Shown here: positions 51,001 through 64,000 of the stretch, one piece after another
Numbering within the stretch: position 1 is the stretch's first letter
Layout: each line of letters opens with the position of its first letter
NCBI GenBank assembly: GCA_028826165.1
Contig: JAPDFW010000093.1
Span: 62,001-126,000 of the forward strand
DNA: 64,000 nt
Direction: 5' to 3'
Origin: Anaeramoeba ignava BMAN
Taxonomy: Eukaryota; Protista; Anaeramoebae
Made by a program: the position numbers and the translations under genes
The notes under the pieces: model-generated
What the model was told of the DNA's origin: nothing
The model's database searches: none
What the model saw: the letters and a program-made list of their open reading frames with translations, nothing else

Positions 51001-54000
51001 TTTAGATTTAATTTCTTCAATTTTTGTTTCATCTTCAATTTTTGTTTCATTTTCAATTTTTGTTTCATTTTCAATTTTATCTTCAATTTCATCTTCAATT
51101 TTTGTTTCATTTTCAATTTTTGTTTCATTTTCAATTTTATCTTCAATTTTTGTTTCATTTTCAATTTTTGTTTCATTTTCAATTTTATCTTCAATTTTAT
51201 CTTCAATTTTATCTTCAGAAGAATATGTTGTTGATGTTGATGTTGTTGATTTAGATTTAGATTTAGATTTTGATTTAGATTTTGATTTAGATTTTGATTT
51301 AGATTTTGATTTAATTTCTTCAATTTTTGTTTCATTTTCAATTTTTGTTTCATTTTCAATTTTTGTTTCATTTTCAATTGTTTCATTTTCAATTGTTTCA
51401 TTTTCAATTTTATCTTCAATTTTATCTTCAATTTTTGTTTCATTTTCAATTTTATCTTCAATTTTTATTTCATTTTCAATTTTTGTTTCATCTTCAACTT
51501 TTGTTTCATTTTCAATTTCATCTTCAATTTTATCTTCAGAAGAATATGTTGTTGATGTTGATGTTGATGATTTTGATTTTGATTTTGATTTAGATTTAGA
51601 TTTAGATTTTGATTTAGATTTAGATTTAGATTTTGATTTTGATTTTGATTTAATTTCTTCAATTTTTGTTTCATCTTCAATTTTTGTTTCATTTTCAATT
51701 TTTGGTTTATCTTCAATTTTTGGTTTATTTTCAATTTTATCTTCAATTTTTGTTTCATTTTCAATTTTTGTTTCATTTTCAATTTTTGTTTCATTTTCAA
51801 TTTTTGGTTTATTTTCAATTTTATCTTCAATTTTTGTTTCATTTTCAATTTTATCTTCAATTTTTGTTTCATTTTCAATTTTATCTTCAATTTTATCTTC
51901 AATTTTTGTTTCATTTTCAATTTTATCTTCAATTTTATCTTCAATTTTTGTTTCATTTTCAATTTTATCTTCAATTTTTATTTCATTTTCAATTTTTGTT
52001 TCATCTTCAACTTTTGTTTCATTTTCAATTTCATCTTCAATTTTATCTTCAGAAGAATATGTTGTTGATGTTGATGTTGATGATTTTGATTTTGATTTTG
52101 ATTTAGATTTTGATTTAGATTTTGATTTAGATTTTGATTTAGATTTTGATTTAGATTTAGATTTAGATTTTGATTTTGATTTTGATTTAATTTCTTCAAT
52201 TTTTGTTTCATTTTCAATTTTTGTTTCATTTTCAATTTTTATTTCATTTTCAATTTTTGTTTCATTTTCAATTTTTGTTTCATCTTCAATTTTTGTTTCA
52301 TTTTCAATTTTTGGTTTATTTTCAATTTTTGGTTTATTTTCAATTTTATCTTCAATTTTTGTTTCATTTTCAATTTTTGTTTCATTTTCAATTTTTGTTT
52401 CATTTTCAATTTTTGTTTCATCTTCAATTTTTGTTTCATTTTCAATTTTATTTTCAATTTTATCTTCAATTTCATCTTCAGAAGAATATGTTGTTGATGT
52501 TGATGTTGATTTTGATTTAGATTTAGATTTAGATTTAGATTTTGATTTTGATTTAGATTTTGATTTTTGATGTTGATTTAGATTTAGATTTAGATTTAGA
52601 TTTAATTTCTTCAATTTTTGTTTCATCTTCAATTTGTGGTTCATTTTCAATTTTTGTTTCATTTTCAATTTTATCTTCAATTTTATCTTCAATTTTATCT
52701 TCAATTTCATTTTCAATTTTTGTTTCATTTTCAATTTTTGTTTCATTTTCAATTTCATTTTCAATTTTATTTTCAGAAGAATATGATGTTGTTGATTTTG
52801 ATTTTGATGTTGATTTAGATTTTGATTTAGATTTAGATTTAGATTTAGATTTAGATTTAGATTTAGATTTAGATTTTGATGTTGATGTTGATTTAGATTT
52901 AGATTTAGATTTAGATTTTGATTTTGATTTTGATGTTGATTTAGATTTTGATTTTGATTTTGATTTTGATTTAGGTTTTGATTCGTTTAAATTTTTGTGA
53001 ATTTGTTTTATTTTCTGAAATTCTGTTTTTTTTGATGAAATATTAATTGGTTGTTTATTAGTTTGATCATCTTTTGATAATTTATTTTCTGGGATAATTT
53101 CTTTTTTATTTGGTTTTTGATTATAAAATTGTGGAGAATTAATTTTGGTTAGAGATTCATTTTTTTTCAAATTCTTTTTAACATTCTAGGAGAAGAATTT
53201 TGGCTTTGAGATTCAATATTCTTTCTTTCAAAATTACGGACAACATCGAGAACAGATTGATTTCTGATTTCATTTTTGTTTTTAATTAAATCTTGTAAAG
53301 AAAGTATTTCGATGTTTAAAAGATCTTTTTTAATTTTTGTATCATTTTTTTTAACTTGATCATCTTTTTTAATATTATCATCTTTTTTAATATTATCATC
53401 TTTTTTAATATTATCATCTTTTTTAATATTATCATCTTCTGTGATTACTGTATTTATTTTCTCCGTTTTTTTGATAAATCTATGCGGGTCATTACTACTA
53501 CGAACTTTTATTAAAAAAAGAACAATGAAAATATAAAATTTAAATTGAGTTTTAAATTTAATTTTTTCTTGTTTGTAAAAAAAAATCAAATTAGTTTAGT
53601 AAAATTTACAACGGAAAATTTTTTGTTCAAGATTTTGACTAATTTTTGGATCGATTTTGTTTCTTTGAAGCTTATATAGCATTAGATCATTTCTTTTTGC
53701 TTCTTCTGATTCTTGATGAATTTTTTCTTCCCATTGTTTTGAAATTTTGTTTGTTTTTTGCTCTTCTTCTTTATTCATAAGAATTTTATTGAATTTTGTT
53801 TGAGGATTGAATATCTCATTTTTGTTTTGTTTTGAAAGTATCATTTTGTTCATTTCTTGATATATTTGTGGCGGTTCTACCATCAAAATTAAGCACCAAA
53901 TTACACTTAAAATATTTTTCATATTTCCATCAACAAGATCTATTTTATTCGAGTTTTAAATTTAAATATAAATATAAATATAAATATAAATATAAATATA

Positions 54001-55367
54001 AATATAAATATAAATATAAATATAAATATAAATATAAATATAAATATAAATATAAATATAAATATAAATATAAATATAAATATAAATATAAATATAAATA
54101 TAAATATAAATATAAATAAATATAATATAAAATATAAATAATTATAAATATAAATATAAATATAAATATAAATATAAATATAAATATAAATATAAATATA
54201 AATATAATTATAAATATAAATATAAATATAAATATAAATATAAATATATAAATATAAATATAAATATAAAAATAAATATAAATATAAATATAAATATAAA
54301 TATAAATATAAATATAAATATAAATATAAAATATAAATATAAATATAAATATAAATAAATATAAATATAAATATAAATATAAATATAAATATAAATATAA
54401 ATATAAATATAAATATAAATATAAATAAAATAATATAAATAAAACAAAATAAATATAAATATAAATATAAATATAAAATATAAAAAATTATAAATATAAA
54501 TATAAATATAAATATAAAAATAAATATAAATAAAATAAATCTAAAAAATAAAAAAATAAAATCCAAATCTAAATATAAATATAAATATAAATATAAAAAA
54601 ATAAATATAAATTATTTAAAATAAATATAAAATAAATATAAATATAAATATAAATATAAATATAAATATAAATATAAATATAATTTTAATCTAAATATAA
54701 ATATAATTAAATATAAATATAAATATAAATATAAATATAAATATAAATATAAATATTTAAAATATAAATATAAATATAAATATAAATATAAATATAAATA
54801 TAAATATAAATAATTATATTTATAAATAAATATAAATATAAATATAAATATTTAAAATATAAATATAAATATAAATATTTAAAATATAAATATAAATATA
54901 AATATAAATATAAATATAAATATAAATATAAATATTTAAAATATAAATATAAATATTTAAAATATAATTTTAATTGTAAATAAATATTGAGGTTAAAATA
55001 AATACCTTTTGAATCATAAATGCAATCAAGTCCTTTTTTTTGTAAAAATTTTATTCCAACCAAATAATTTTGTATTTTTTCAATTCTATTTTTTGGGTTT
55101 GAATTAATACGAATAGAAACAGAAAAAATCTCTGAAAGTAAATTCAGGAAAATAACACCATTTTCAAGATCTTTTTTTAAATTTGTTATTTCAATATCTC
55201 GTTTTGATAAATATTGATTTGCCCAATTTGTAAAAATCTTTTTAAAAAAAAAGGCAAAAAAAATAACAACAAAAACATCAAAAAAAATTTAAGAAAAGTT
55301 AAATTTGCTTTTTTAAAATCTTTCTTAATTTAAATTTTACTTCAATTTCTGTGTTAATCCAACTCAT
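45060..55367 (-). CDS. Giant RhoGEF: CH, charged repeat array, DH, PH, PH, PH; two frame breaks
   Basis: CH domain (IFTNWANQYL, DLENGVIFLNLL, DLVDGNMKNILSVIWCLI) over exons 1-3. DH domain (EEIYTTEKAYLSNL, MPIQRIPRYRLLLEEL). Last PH domain KKSGLLLKRGSNVFKTWQKR...MDDWIKCI. Confidence 0.9.
48312..52980 (-). repeat. Coding higher-order repeat of [IE(N/D)ETK]n blocks alternating with poly-(SK) blocks
   Basis: Seen in ORFs 46747-52764 and 52553-53170; about 12 SK blocks. Confidence 0.95.
53960..54960. repeat. Intronic (TAAATA)n microsatellite
   Basis: Lies in the RhoGEF intron inside the CH domain. Confidence 0.9.
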
Positions 55368-55747
55368 AATATCTTTTAAAACAAAATTAAAAACAAAAAC
55401 AAAAATGAAAAAATGAAAAAAAAAAATAAAAAAAATGTGGAAAAATAAAAGGAGAAAAAATTTAAATCAAAATTTAGAACAATTTCTTACTCAATTCATT
55501 ATTAAATTTATTTTTAACGAAACAGAAAAAGATCTTATAAAAAAAGAATAAAAGGAAAAAAAAGGAAGAATTTTATTTTTCTTATTTCTTTTTTTTTTTT
55601 TTTTTTTATTTAAATTTTTTTTTTTTTTAAATTTCCAAAAAATCATTTTTTTATTTTTCTAAAACAAAATAAAACAAAATAAAACAAAACAAAATAAAAT
55701 AAAATAAAATAAAATAAAATAAAATAAAATAAAGCAAAAAACCAAAA

Positions 55748-58700
55748 ATGGAATTCGTTAACGAAACAGAAGAAAAACTACGCAAGTCATTTGAAGCAAT
55801 GGGATTTAAATATCATTCACCAAAAATTAGTACAAAACAAATTAATGAAACACCATCAGAAAAAGCACATTTTTCTCAATATCCAGTTTATATGGATCAA
55901 GAAGGAAATGCATATAATCTTTATTATATTCCGTTATCAAATATGAATTCAAAAGATAAAAAAACAAACACAGAATTTAAACGCATATCAAAACGTATTA
56001 AATTACAATTCGAATAAATTTTCGAATAAATTTTTCCATCAAATTTCAAAAAAAAAAAATTTTTCAATTCAAAATTCAAACAAAAATTTTTCAATTCAAA
56101 ATTCAAACAAAAAATTATATTTAAAATTATATTTATATTTATATTTATATTTATATTTATATTTAAAATTATATTTAAAATTATATTTATATTTATATTT
56201 ATTTATAAATTATATTTATTTAACAGAAAATAGCAGTGAAAGATTTTCATTTTCTGGAAAAAGAGATTTAATAATTCAAAAAGAAATATTAATGAACAAA
56301 AAAACTGCAACAAATTTACAAAACTTTCCAAAATTCCCATCACCTGAAAAATTTAAAACTTATAAACAAGTTATTAAATTTTCCTTTTATTTAAAATGAA
56401 AAAAAAAAAATTTAATTCAAATTTTTAATTCAAATTTTTAATTCAAATTAAATTAGTTTGAAAATGCTGTTCTTGAATGGAAAGAGAAAGTAAATGAACT
56501 TTCTGGTTTTACTCAATTGCCAAAATTAATGGGAAAGTTTCTAAGTAGACCAATTTGTAGAGAAGAAGTAAATCAAAAAATCTAAAAAAATCTAAAAAAA
56601 AAATTTAAATTGAAATTTAAATTGAAAGTTCGAATTTATTAAAATGGAAAAAAATTTTTTTGTTTATAAAAGTTATTTAATTTCTTTGAAAAATCAATTT
56701 CAAGTGAAGAATTCGAAAACAAAGAATTTGAAAACGAAGAATTTGAAAATGAAGATTTTCTTGAATTTAACTTGTAAAAAGAAATAAACAAGAATTTCCA
56801 AAAGAAAAAAAACAATTAAGAAAAAATTTCTTGTTTAAAAAAAAATAGAAAAGATGAAGATTTTATTAATTCATTTGATTTTGAAGCGTTAAAAGAAAAT
56901 GAATCAATAGAAAATGATCAAGAAAAGCAAAAATCAGAACAAACAATAACAAAAGAAACTGAAGAAACTAACAATAATAACAATAATAGCAATAACAATA
57001 ACAATAATAATAGCATTGTTACTGTTGAAAAATTAAACAAAAATAGAAGCGTTCAATTTATTATTGAAAAAGAAGATAATAATAGACAATCAGAAAGTCA
57101 TTTAAAAACAGACGAATATGATTCTCGAACTGAAGATATTGATTTGAAAACAGAAGTGGAATTAACTCCATTACAAGAGCTTTTTGTTTTGGATTTTCTT
57201 GAAAGTGGAAAATTGAGTGAATTATCTTATTTTAAAGAAGAAAATTTTGGAATTGATTTGGAAGATCAAATATGTTCAGAAGATATTTGGAACTCAAATT
57301 TATATCCTTGTGAACCTTCTCCCTTTTTTTATCCTACTTTTGAAGAGTTTGATAGAGCTTATTGTCGATGGGCTCAATTATGTGTTTTAAAAATTAATAA
57401 AATTCCAATTCATGCAATTCATTTACAAAAATTAATTGGATTAACGGTTACAAGAGTAAATTAAACAAAACATTTCAAATCAAAATTTGGAAAAAAAAAT
57501 TTTTTAAACATTCTAATTTATTTACTATATTTCAATAGCCACAAGTGCAAATTCAAAAAAAAACCAAAATTGATCCATTTGATGCTCATTTTGCTTGGAA
57601 AGCAAAAATTGATCAAAATATTCTAAACAATTCGATTATTCTTAATTTAAGAAAAACATATTTCAAACATCATCAAATAACATCAAGACCTTCTTTATAT
57701 ATTCTAAATATTTGGAGTGATATTTCACCCAATGTTAAAGTAAAAAAAAATCAGAAAAAAAGAAAAAACATGAAAGCTAAAATTTAATTTTCTAAATTTA
57801 TATAGAGTTTTCTTGATAAATCCATTTCGACTTTATTTACAAAATCAAAATTCAATCAATCGCTTTATAAATCAAATTCCAAACCTGTTTTAGGGATTTT
57901 GCATGGAGTTATGAAAGTAAAATAATTTTAATTTTCATAATAATTTTCATAATAATTTTCATAATAATAAAAAAAAAGGGATATGGGAAATCTGTATCGG
58001 GAGTAAATGATAATTCCAGACGTATTCTCATATCAGATACACCAAATGATGAAAATGCGTTGATAAGAAATGATAGTTCAACTTTTATTGAAGGAATTCC
58101 TCTTGAATTTTGTGTTTCTCAATATGATTTTTCAAATTCATTGAGTTTAAAAAAAATAAAAAGGGAAGCATATATTCAACAAAAACAAAAAGAAATGCTA
58201 ATAATTGAATCAAAGAGTCGATTCGATATATTTTTCACTTGGTTTGATTTGAAAAAATTTCCACCTTCAGTAAATGATTTAATTTGAAAAGAATATATTA
58301 AAATTAAAATTAAAATTAAAATTAAAATTAAAATTTCTTGAATTTGTGATTATAAATATTAGGTTCATACACAACAACAAAATCAAATTCTTGATATGAT
58401 GTATGATTGTTTGACTTTTAGAAAGCTTTATCAAATTATTACAAGCAATCAAGTAATTTTTTTTATTAATTAAAAAAAGAAACAAACAAATTTTTTTCTG
58501 AAATTTTATTTGATTTCATTTCATTTCAAGTTTTTGGATAAATTTGCTGAAATTTGGAATCCTGCAATGTTGCAATTATTAACTCCGCGAAATTTAAAAA
58601 GAATTATGATTTTGTTTGAGCATAGTTCATCGGCTTTAATACACGTTAAAATTGCATTTTTAATAACAAGAATATTTATTGAGTCTGAACAAATTAGTAT

Positions 58701-60711
58701 ATTACAAAAATATGTTGAAACATTTGATCTTCAAGCTTTGTATTGGATTGCATTTGGGATTAATCTTTTTAATGAAATACCGACAAAGATTTTCCCTATT
58801 ATTCCTACAGTCCAAGGAATCATTCGTGCAGTAAATAATCATTTTGAAATTAAATATTTTTAAATTAAATATTTTTAAATGAAATATTCATGTTCAAAAA
58901 ATGTTTTTGCTTTCTTGTATTTGTAGAAATTTCCAAAAACAAATACTTTGCAATTCACACAATTAGTCCAATGCTATTACTATTTAAGTCTAATTCGAAA
59001 AGCTGTTGCAGAATCCAAATTTGAAGTGAAACCAACAATCAAAGAAGAAAAAAGAGACTTGAAGCAAAATATCGACAAATATTCCAAATTAACAAACTTT
59101 ATTGATCAAGCTTATAATACAATTGATCAATATTTCCAGAAAATTCTTGAAAATGAACCTGAAATACTTAATGATTATATTTTTGAAGGAATTTCCAGTC
59201 GCTCGTCATCTTTGTCTTCCTACTGCTTATTTATTATAATCCAGTTGTTCAACACCGATTCAAAAATCATTTCGGAAACTTTATTTTCAGCCAAATTTAA
59301 TTTTGTTGAAAAATTAACAAAAATTTCCAACTCAAAATTCCAACATGTGCAGATTGCATGCAAATATATTTGGAGGAAGATGAAAAAAAAGGAGTTTCTT
59401 CAGAAAATTGCGATCCAAATTGGAAGTGATAAAAATATGATCAAAAACAGTTTGTTTCCTGAACTAAATGTTGGACTTTCTTTTGAGGATAAAATAGGGA
59501 GTTTACAAAGTGTTGACAGCGAAATCAGATTATTGTCAGGAATTTTTAAAGAGAGCGTAAGACGGAATTCTGGGATGAACACACGAGAACGAAGTCAATC
59601 AGTTTATCGCTCAGCATTTTCAACATCGCTTAGATTTAACCTGAATTACTTGATCTCAGAATTTTCTGAAAGTGTGTTTCATGCTTTTGAAATGGAGCCG
59701 AAGCTTGTGAACACACATAGAATTGTCATATTATCTGGGCAATTGTTTCAGGAAATTATCGAGGGAATCTACAACCAAAAAAATTTGTATCTTCAGGAGT
59801 CAATCAACACCTCCAAATTCTTTCTTGAGATGACAAAATGCATGTATAAATTAGGATTATTCACACCAACCCCAATTTCGAAGATGGAAAATATACGAAC
59901 AAAAGGAAAAAAGAAGCAAAGCGGAGAGGAATCTGTAGATAACTCGATCCCGCTTGTTTTTATTTCGCAAGAAACTATTGGGATGATCATGGATATTATT
60001 GAGATTAAAATGACAAGAAATTTTGAGTTCAAAAAAAATATGCTTGATAGTTTGCGTTATATCTTAAAAGAAAGAAGAATGGAGAGTCTTGTGAAGTGGC
60101 CTGACTTTTTAACAAGACTCCGCTCAGTGTGTTCTGAAGAAACAGACGGGGCTTATAAATACAATGAGGCATCGTGGAAGGTTCTGTATCATATAATCAA
60201 ATATCACAGTGGGATGATTAGTTATTTAATAAATGCAGAAATTTTCCAGCATTTTGTCGAACTTTTATCAACAAAAACACTGATTATAACAGCAAATTGT
60301 TTGAATTATTTATCCAAATTGTTCCAAATGGTGGAGATTGAGGAATTCAAATTGTCAACAAACCAAAAAAAGAGATCAAGTCGATTTTATGAAAAAAATC
60401 CGATTAAATCATTTAAAAAAGATGTCAAAACCATTTTGGATTTTTGTATGAAAAAGAAGGTTTTTATTCGATTGCATGTGATTTTCAAATCGATAGAGAA
60501 AAGTCAAGGAATCGCTTATGTGAAGTTGAGTAAACTGTATCAAACAATACTTTTTGGTCCATCTTGTGCAAATCATTTAAAAGAGATTAAAAAGAAGAAG
60601 GCTTATATTGATGTTTTGGAGAAAATGACAGAATATTCTGAAAATAGGATTAAAGAAAGTCAAACTAAAACTAAAGGAAAGAAGAAGAAGAAAGAATTAA
60701 TTATATTTTGA
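55748..60711 (+). CDS. Large multi-exon alpha-helical (ARM/HEAT-like) protein, tentatively Dictyostelium Sca1/scaA-like scaffold
   Basis: About 11 GT-AG exons join in frame. The motif P-x-P-x2-[FY]-x-T-[FY]-x2-F-x2-A-x3-W occurs twice. The family assignment is from memory and unverified; the confidence given is mainly for the gene model. Confidence 0.6.
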
Positions 60712-60972
60712 GTTGATTTTTTAATTTTTTATTTTTTTTTATTTTAATTTACTTAATTTGGGAAGATAACTGTAAACCATAAATAAGTAAAAATGTTTTA
60801 AACTTGGGAAACAAAAGAAAATTATTTTTATTCCACTTTTTTATTATTATTTTTTAATTAAAAAAAAAAAGAAATCAAAATTACTAAAAAATATTTAAAA
60901 ATTACTAATTTTTATTTTTTTTATTTTTTTTTAATTTTTTTTTCATTTTTTTTCTTTTTTTACTAATAAATT

Positions 60973-63916
60973 ATGGATTCTGAATTTGCAAAAATTGATA
61001 AATTTTCTGACCAAAAAAAAAGAACGAGTCTTTATATAAAATTATTAGCAGATTTAATACAAAAAGCAAAAGTAGAAGATTTAAAAGCACTTTCAGCTCA
61101 TATGGTTTTAGAGTCAATTCCATTATTCATTTCAAGAACTGTTTTAACTGCTTTTTCTGAAAAAATCAAATCCTTAAAACCTCAAGAAACAAAAGATGTT
61201 GGTCTTTTCGCAATTTGTAATTCATTTTCTTTTTTTATTTTATTTTTCAAATCAAATTTAATTAAAAAAAAAAAAAATTCCAATTTTATATTTAAAATTA
61301 ATTTATAAAATTAAATTTAAATTCATTTATAAATTAAAATTAAAATTCATTTTTAAATTAAAATTAAATTAAAATTCAAATAAAAATTAAAACCATTTAT
61401 AAATTAAAATTCAAATATAAATTAAAATTCAAATAAAAATTAAAATTAAAATTAAAATTCATTTATAAAATTAAATAAAAATAAAAATTAAAATCCATTT
61501 ATAAATTAAAATTAAAATTAATTCATTTATAAATTAAAATTAAAATTCATTTAAAAATTAAATTAAAATTAATTTATAAAATAAAAATTCATTTATAAAA
61601 TTAAATTAATATTCAAATAAAAATTAAATTAAAATTTAAATTCATTTATAAAATAAAAATTAATTTACAAAATTAAATTAAAATTAATTCATTTTTTAGC
61701 TAAAATTCAACCAAGAATTGTTTCTTTTGAGGAACCAATGTTTAATATTCGAAAAACTCTTGCTGAAATTTATGAAAAAGAAGAAGATTGGACTGAAGCC
61801 GCAAATATGCTTATGGGAATACCACTTGAAGGTGGTCAAATGTAAATTAAAATTATAATTAAAATTAAAATTAAAATTAAAATTAAAATTAAAATTAAAA
61901 TTAAAATCAAAATTCATTTATAAATTAAAATTAAAATTAAAATTAAAATATAAAATTAAAATTAAAATTGAAATTAAAATTAAAATTAAAATTAAAATTA
62001 AAATTAAAATTAAAATTAAAATTAAAAATAAAATTAAAATTAAAATTAAAATTAAAATTCATTTATAAATTAAAATTCATTTATAAATTTAAATTAAAAT
62101 AAAAATTAAAATTAAATTTATAAATTTAAATTAAAATTTAAATTAAAATTGTTTTAGTCAACATTCTGTAGCAGAAATTGCTGATATTTATGTCAAAATT
62201 GCACAACTTCATTTAGAAAATGATGATAATGTTCGTGCAGAAACATATATTAATCGAGCAGCTCGTTTTGTTCCACAAGCAGAAGATAAAATGCTCTCAT
62301 TACGTTATCAAGTAAAATTAAAATTAAAATTAAAATTAAAATTAAAAATTAAAATTAAAATTAGAATTAAAATTATAATTAAAATTAATATTAAAATTAA
62401 TATTAAAATTAAAATTAAAATTAATATTAAAATTAAAATTAAAATTAATATTAAAATTAAAATTAAAATTAAAATTAAAATTAAAATTAAAATTAAAATT
62501 AAAATTAAAATTAAAATTAAAATTAAAATTAAAATTAAAATTAAAATTAAAATTAAAATTAAAATTAAAATTAAAATTAAAATTAAAATTAAAATTAAAA
62601 TTAATATTAAAATTAAAATTAAAATAAAATTAAAATTAAAATTTAAAATTTAAATTAAAAATAAAATTAAAATTAAAATTCATTTATAAAATTAAAATTA
62701 AAATTAAAATTAAAATTAAAATTAAAATTAAAATTAAAATTAAAATTAAAATTAAAATTAAAATTAAAATTAAAATTAAAATTAAAATTAAAATTAAAAT
62801 TAAAATTAAAATTAATATTAAAATTAAAATTAAAATTAAAATTATAATTAAAATTAAAATTAAAATTAAAATTAAAATTAAAATTAAAATTAAAAATTAA
62901 AATTAAAATTAAAATCAAAATTAAAATTAAAATTAAAATTAAAATTAAAAATCAAAATTAAAATTAAAATTAAAATATTAAATTAAAATTATAATTATAA
63001 TTAAAATTAAAATTAAAATTAATATTAAAATTAAAATTAAAATTAAAATTAAAATTAAAATTCATTTATAAAATTAATATTAAAAATTAAAATTAAAATT
63101 AAAATTAAAATTTATAATAAAAATATTAAAATTAAAATTAAAATTAAAATTAAAATTAAAATTAAAATTAAAATTAAAATTAAAATTAAAATTAAAATTA
63201 AAATTAAAATTAAAATTAAAATTAAAATTAAAATTAAAATTAAAATTAAAATTAAAATTAAAATTAAAATTAAAAATTAAAATTAAAATTAAAATTAAAA
63301 TTAAAATTAAAATTAAAATTAAAATTAAAATTAAAATTAAAATTAAAATTAAAATTAAAATTAAAATTAAAATTAAAATTAAAATTAAAATTAAGGTTTC
63401 TTATGCAAGAATATTGGATTTTAAAAGAAAATTTCTTGAAAGTTCGATAAGATATTATCATTTATCAACAGAATTAGTTGAAGAAGAACGACTTCAAGCA
63501 CTTTCATTTGCAGCAACTTGTGCTATTCTTGGGGAAGCAGGACCATCACGATCAAGAATATTATCAATATTATTTAAAGATGAAAGAAGTGCAGCAATTC
63601 CTGAATATGGAATCCTTCAAAAAATGTATCTTGAGCGTATTTTGAGAAAGCAAGAAGTTGAACAATTTGCAAAAACTCTTCGTCCTCATCAACTTGCTGT
63701 GCTTAGTGATGGTGCTACTGTCTTGGATAGAGCTGTAATGGAACATAATTTGTTGTCTGCTTCTAAATTATATAGGAATATTACTTTCGATGAACTCGGT
63801 AGATTGCTGGAAATCCCCCCAGAAAAAGCTGAAAAAGTTGCTTCAAGAATGATATCCCAAGGAAGAATGAAAGGAAAAATTGACCAACTTGAGAATTTAA
63901 TTGAATTTGAAACTGG
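60973..63916 (+). CDS. COPS4: COP9 signalosome subunit 4, 3' end beyond the window
   Basis: Exons 60973-61216, 61700-61841, 62158-62311 and 63396-63916. [52 protein letters not shown] (PCI domain). Confidence 0.97.
62312..63395. repeat. Intronic (AAAATT)n microsatellite running from donor to acceptor
   Basis: CSN4 intron 3. The same hexamer occurs at 690-1230, 18240-18460, 42700-43310 and 61845-62150. Confidence 0.9.
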
Positions 63917-64000
63917 TATTTAAAATTCATTTATAAATTAAAATTTATTTATAAAATTAAAAATCAAAATTAAAATTTATTTATAAAATTAAAATTTAAA

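Noticed and set aside
48309-52520. Alternative-frame and antisense ORFs (KMKQKL, FHFQFL)
   Set aside because: They are shadows of the RhoGEF coding repeat.

Overview
Extremely AT-rich, intron-rich eukaryotic (protist) nuclear DNA. The gene set and low-complexity style resemble a free-living anaerobic amoeba/metamonad such as Anaeramoeba, which is an inference only. I reconstruct 17 protein-coding genes by joining GT-AG exons by hand: CDC40/PRP17 (partial), an SH3-TPR p67phox/NoxR-like protein, a divergent eRF1, a papain-family cathepsin, a TOM1/GPR137-like membrane protein, a secreted beta-propeller protein, an NBR1-like PB1-FW protein, AP-3 delta, a small coiled-coil protein, a zipper-only bZIP-like protein, an F-box/TMEM185-like membrane protein, UPF2, a PH-like/VPS9 GEF, NT5DC1, a giant CH-repeat-DH-PH-PH-PH RhoGEF, a Sca1-like scaffold (tentative) and CSN4 (partial). 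Most ORFs in the supplied track are artefacts of simple repeats. Highlights are an eRF1 whose stop-recognition NIKS loop reads RIKS, a 14 x 144-bp AT satellite, a RhoGEF with about 1,500 aa of alternating acidic and poly-(SK) blocks, repeat-filled introns with no polypyrimidine tract, an Inr-like TTTCATTTT motif upstream of nearly every start codon, and ten single-base frame breaks that are probably assembly errors. TAA, TAG and TGA are all used as stops.
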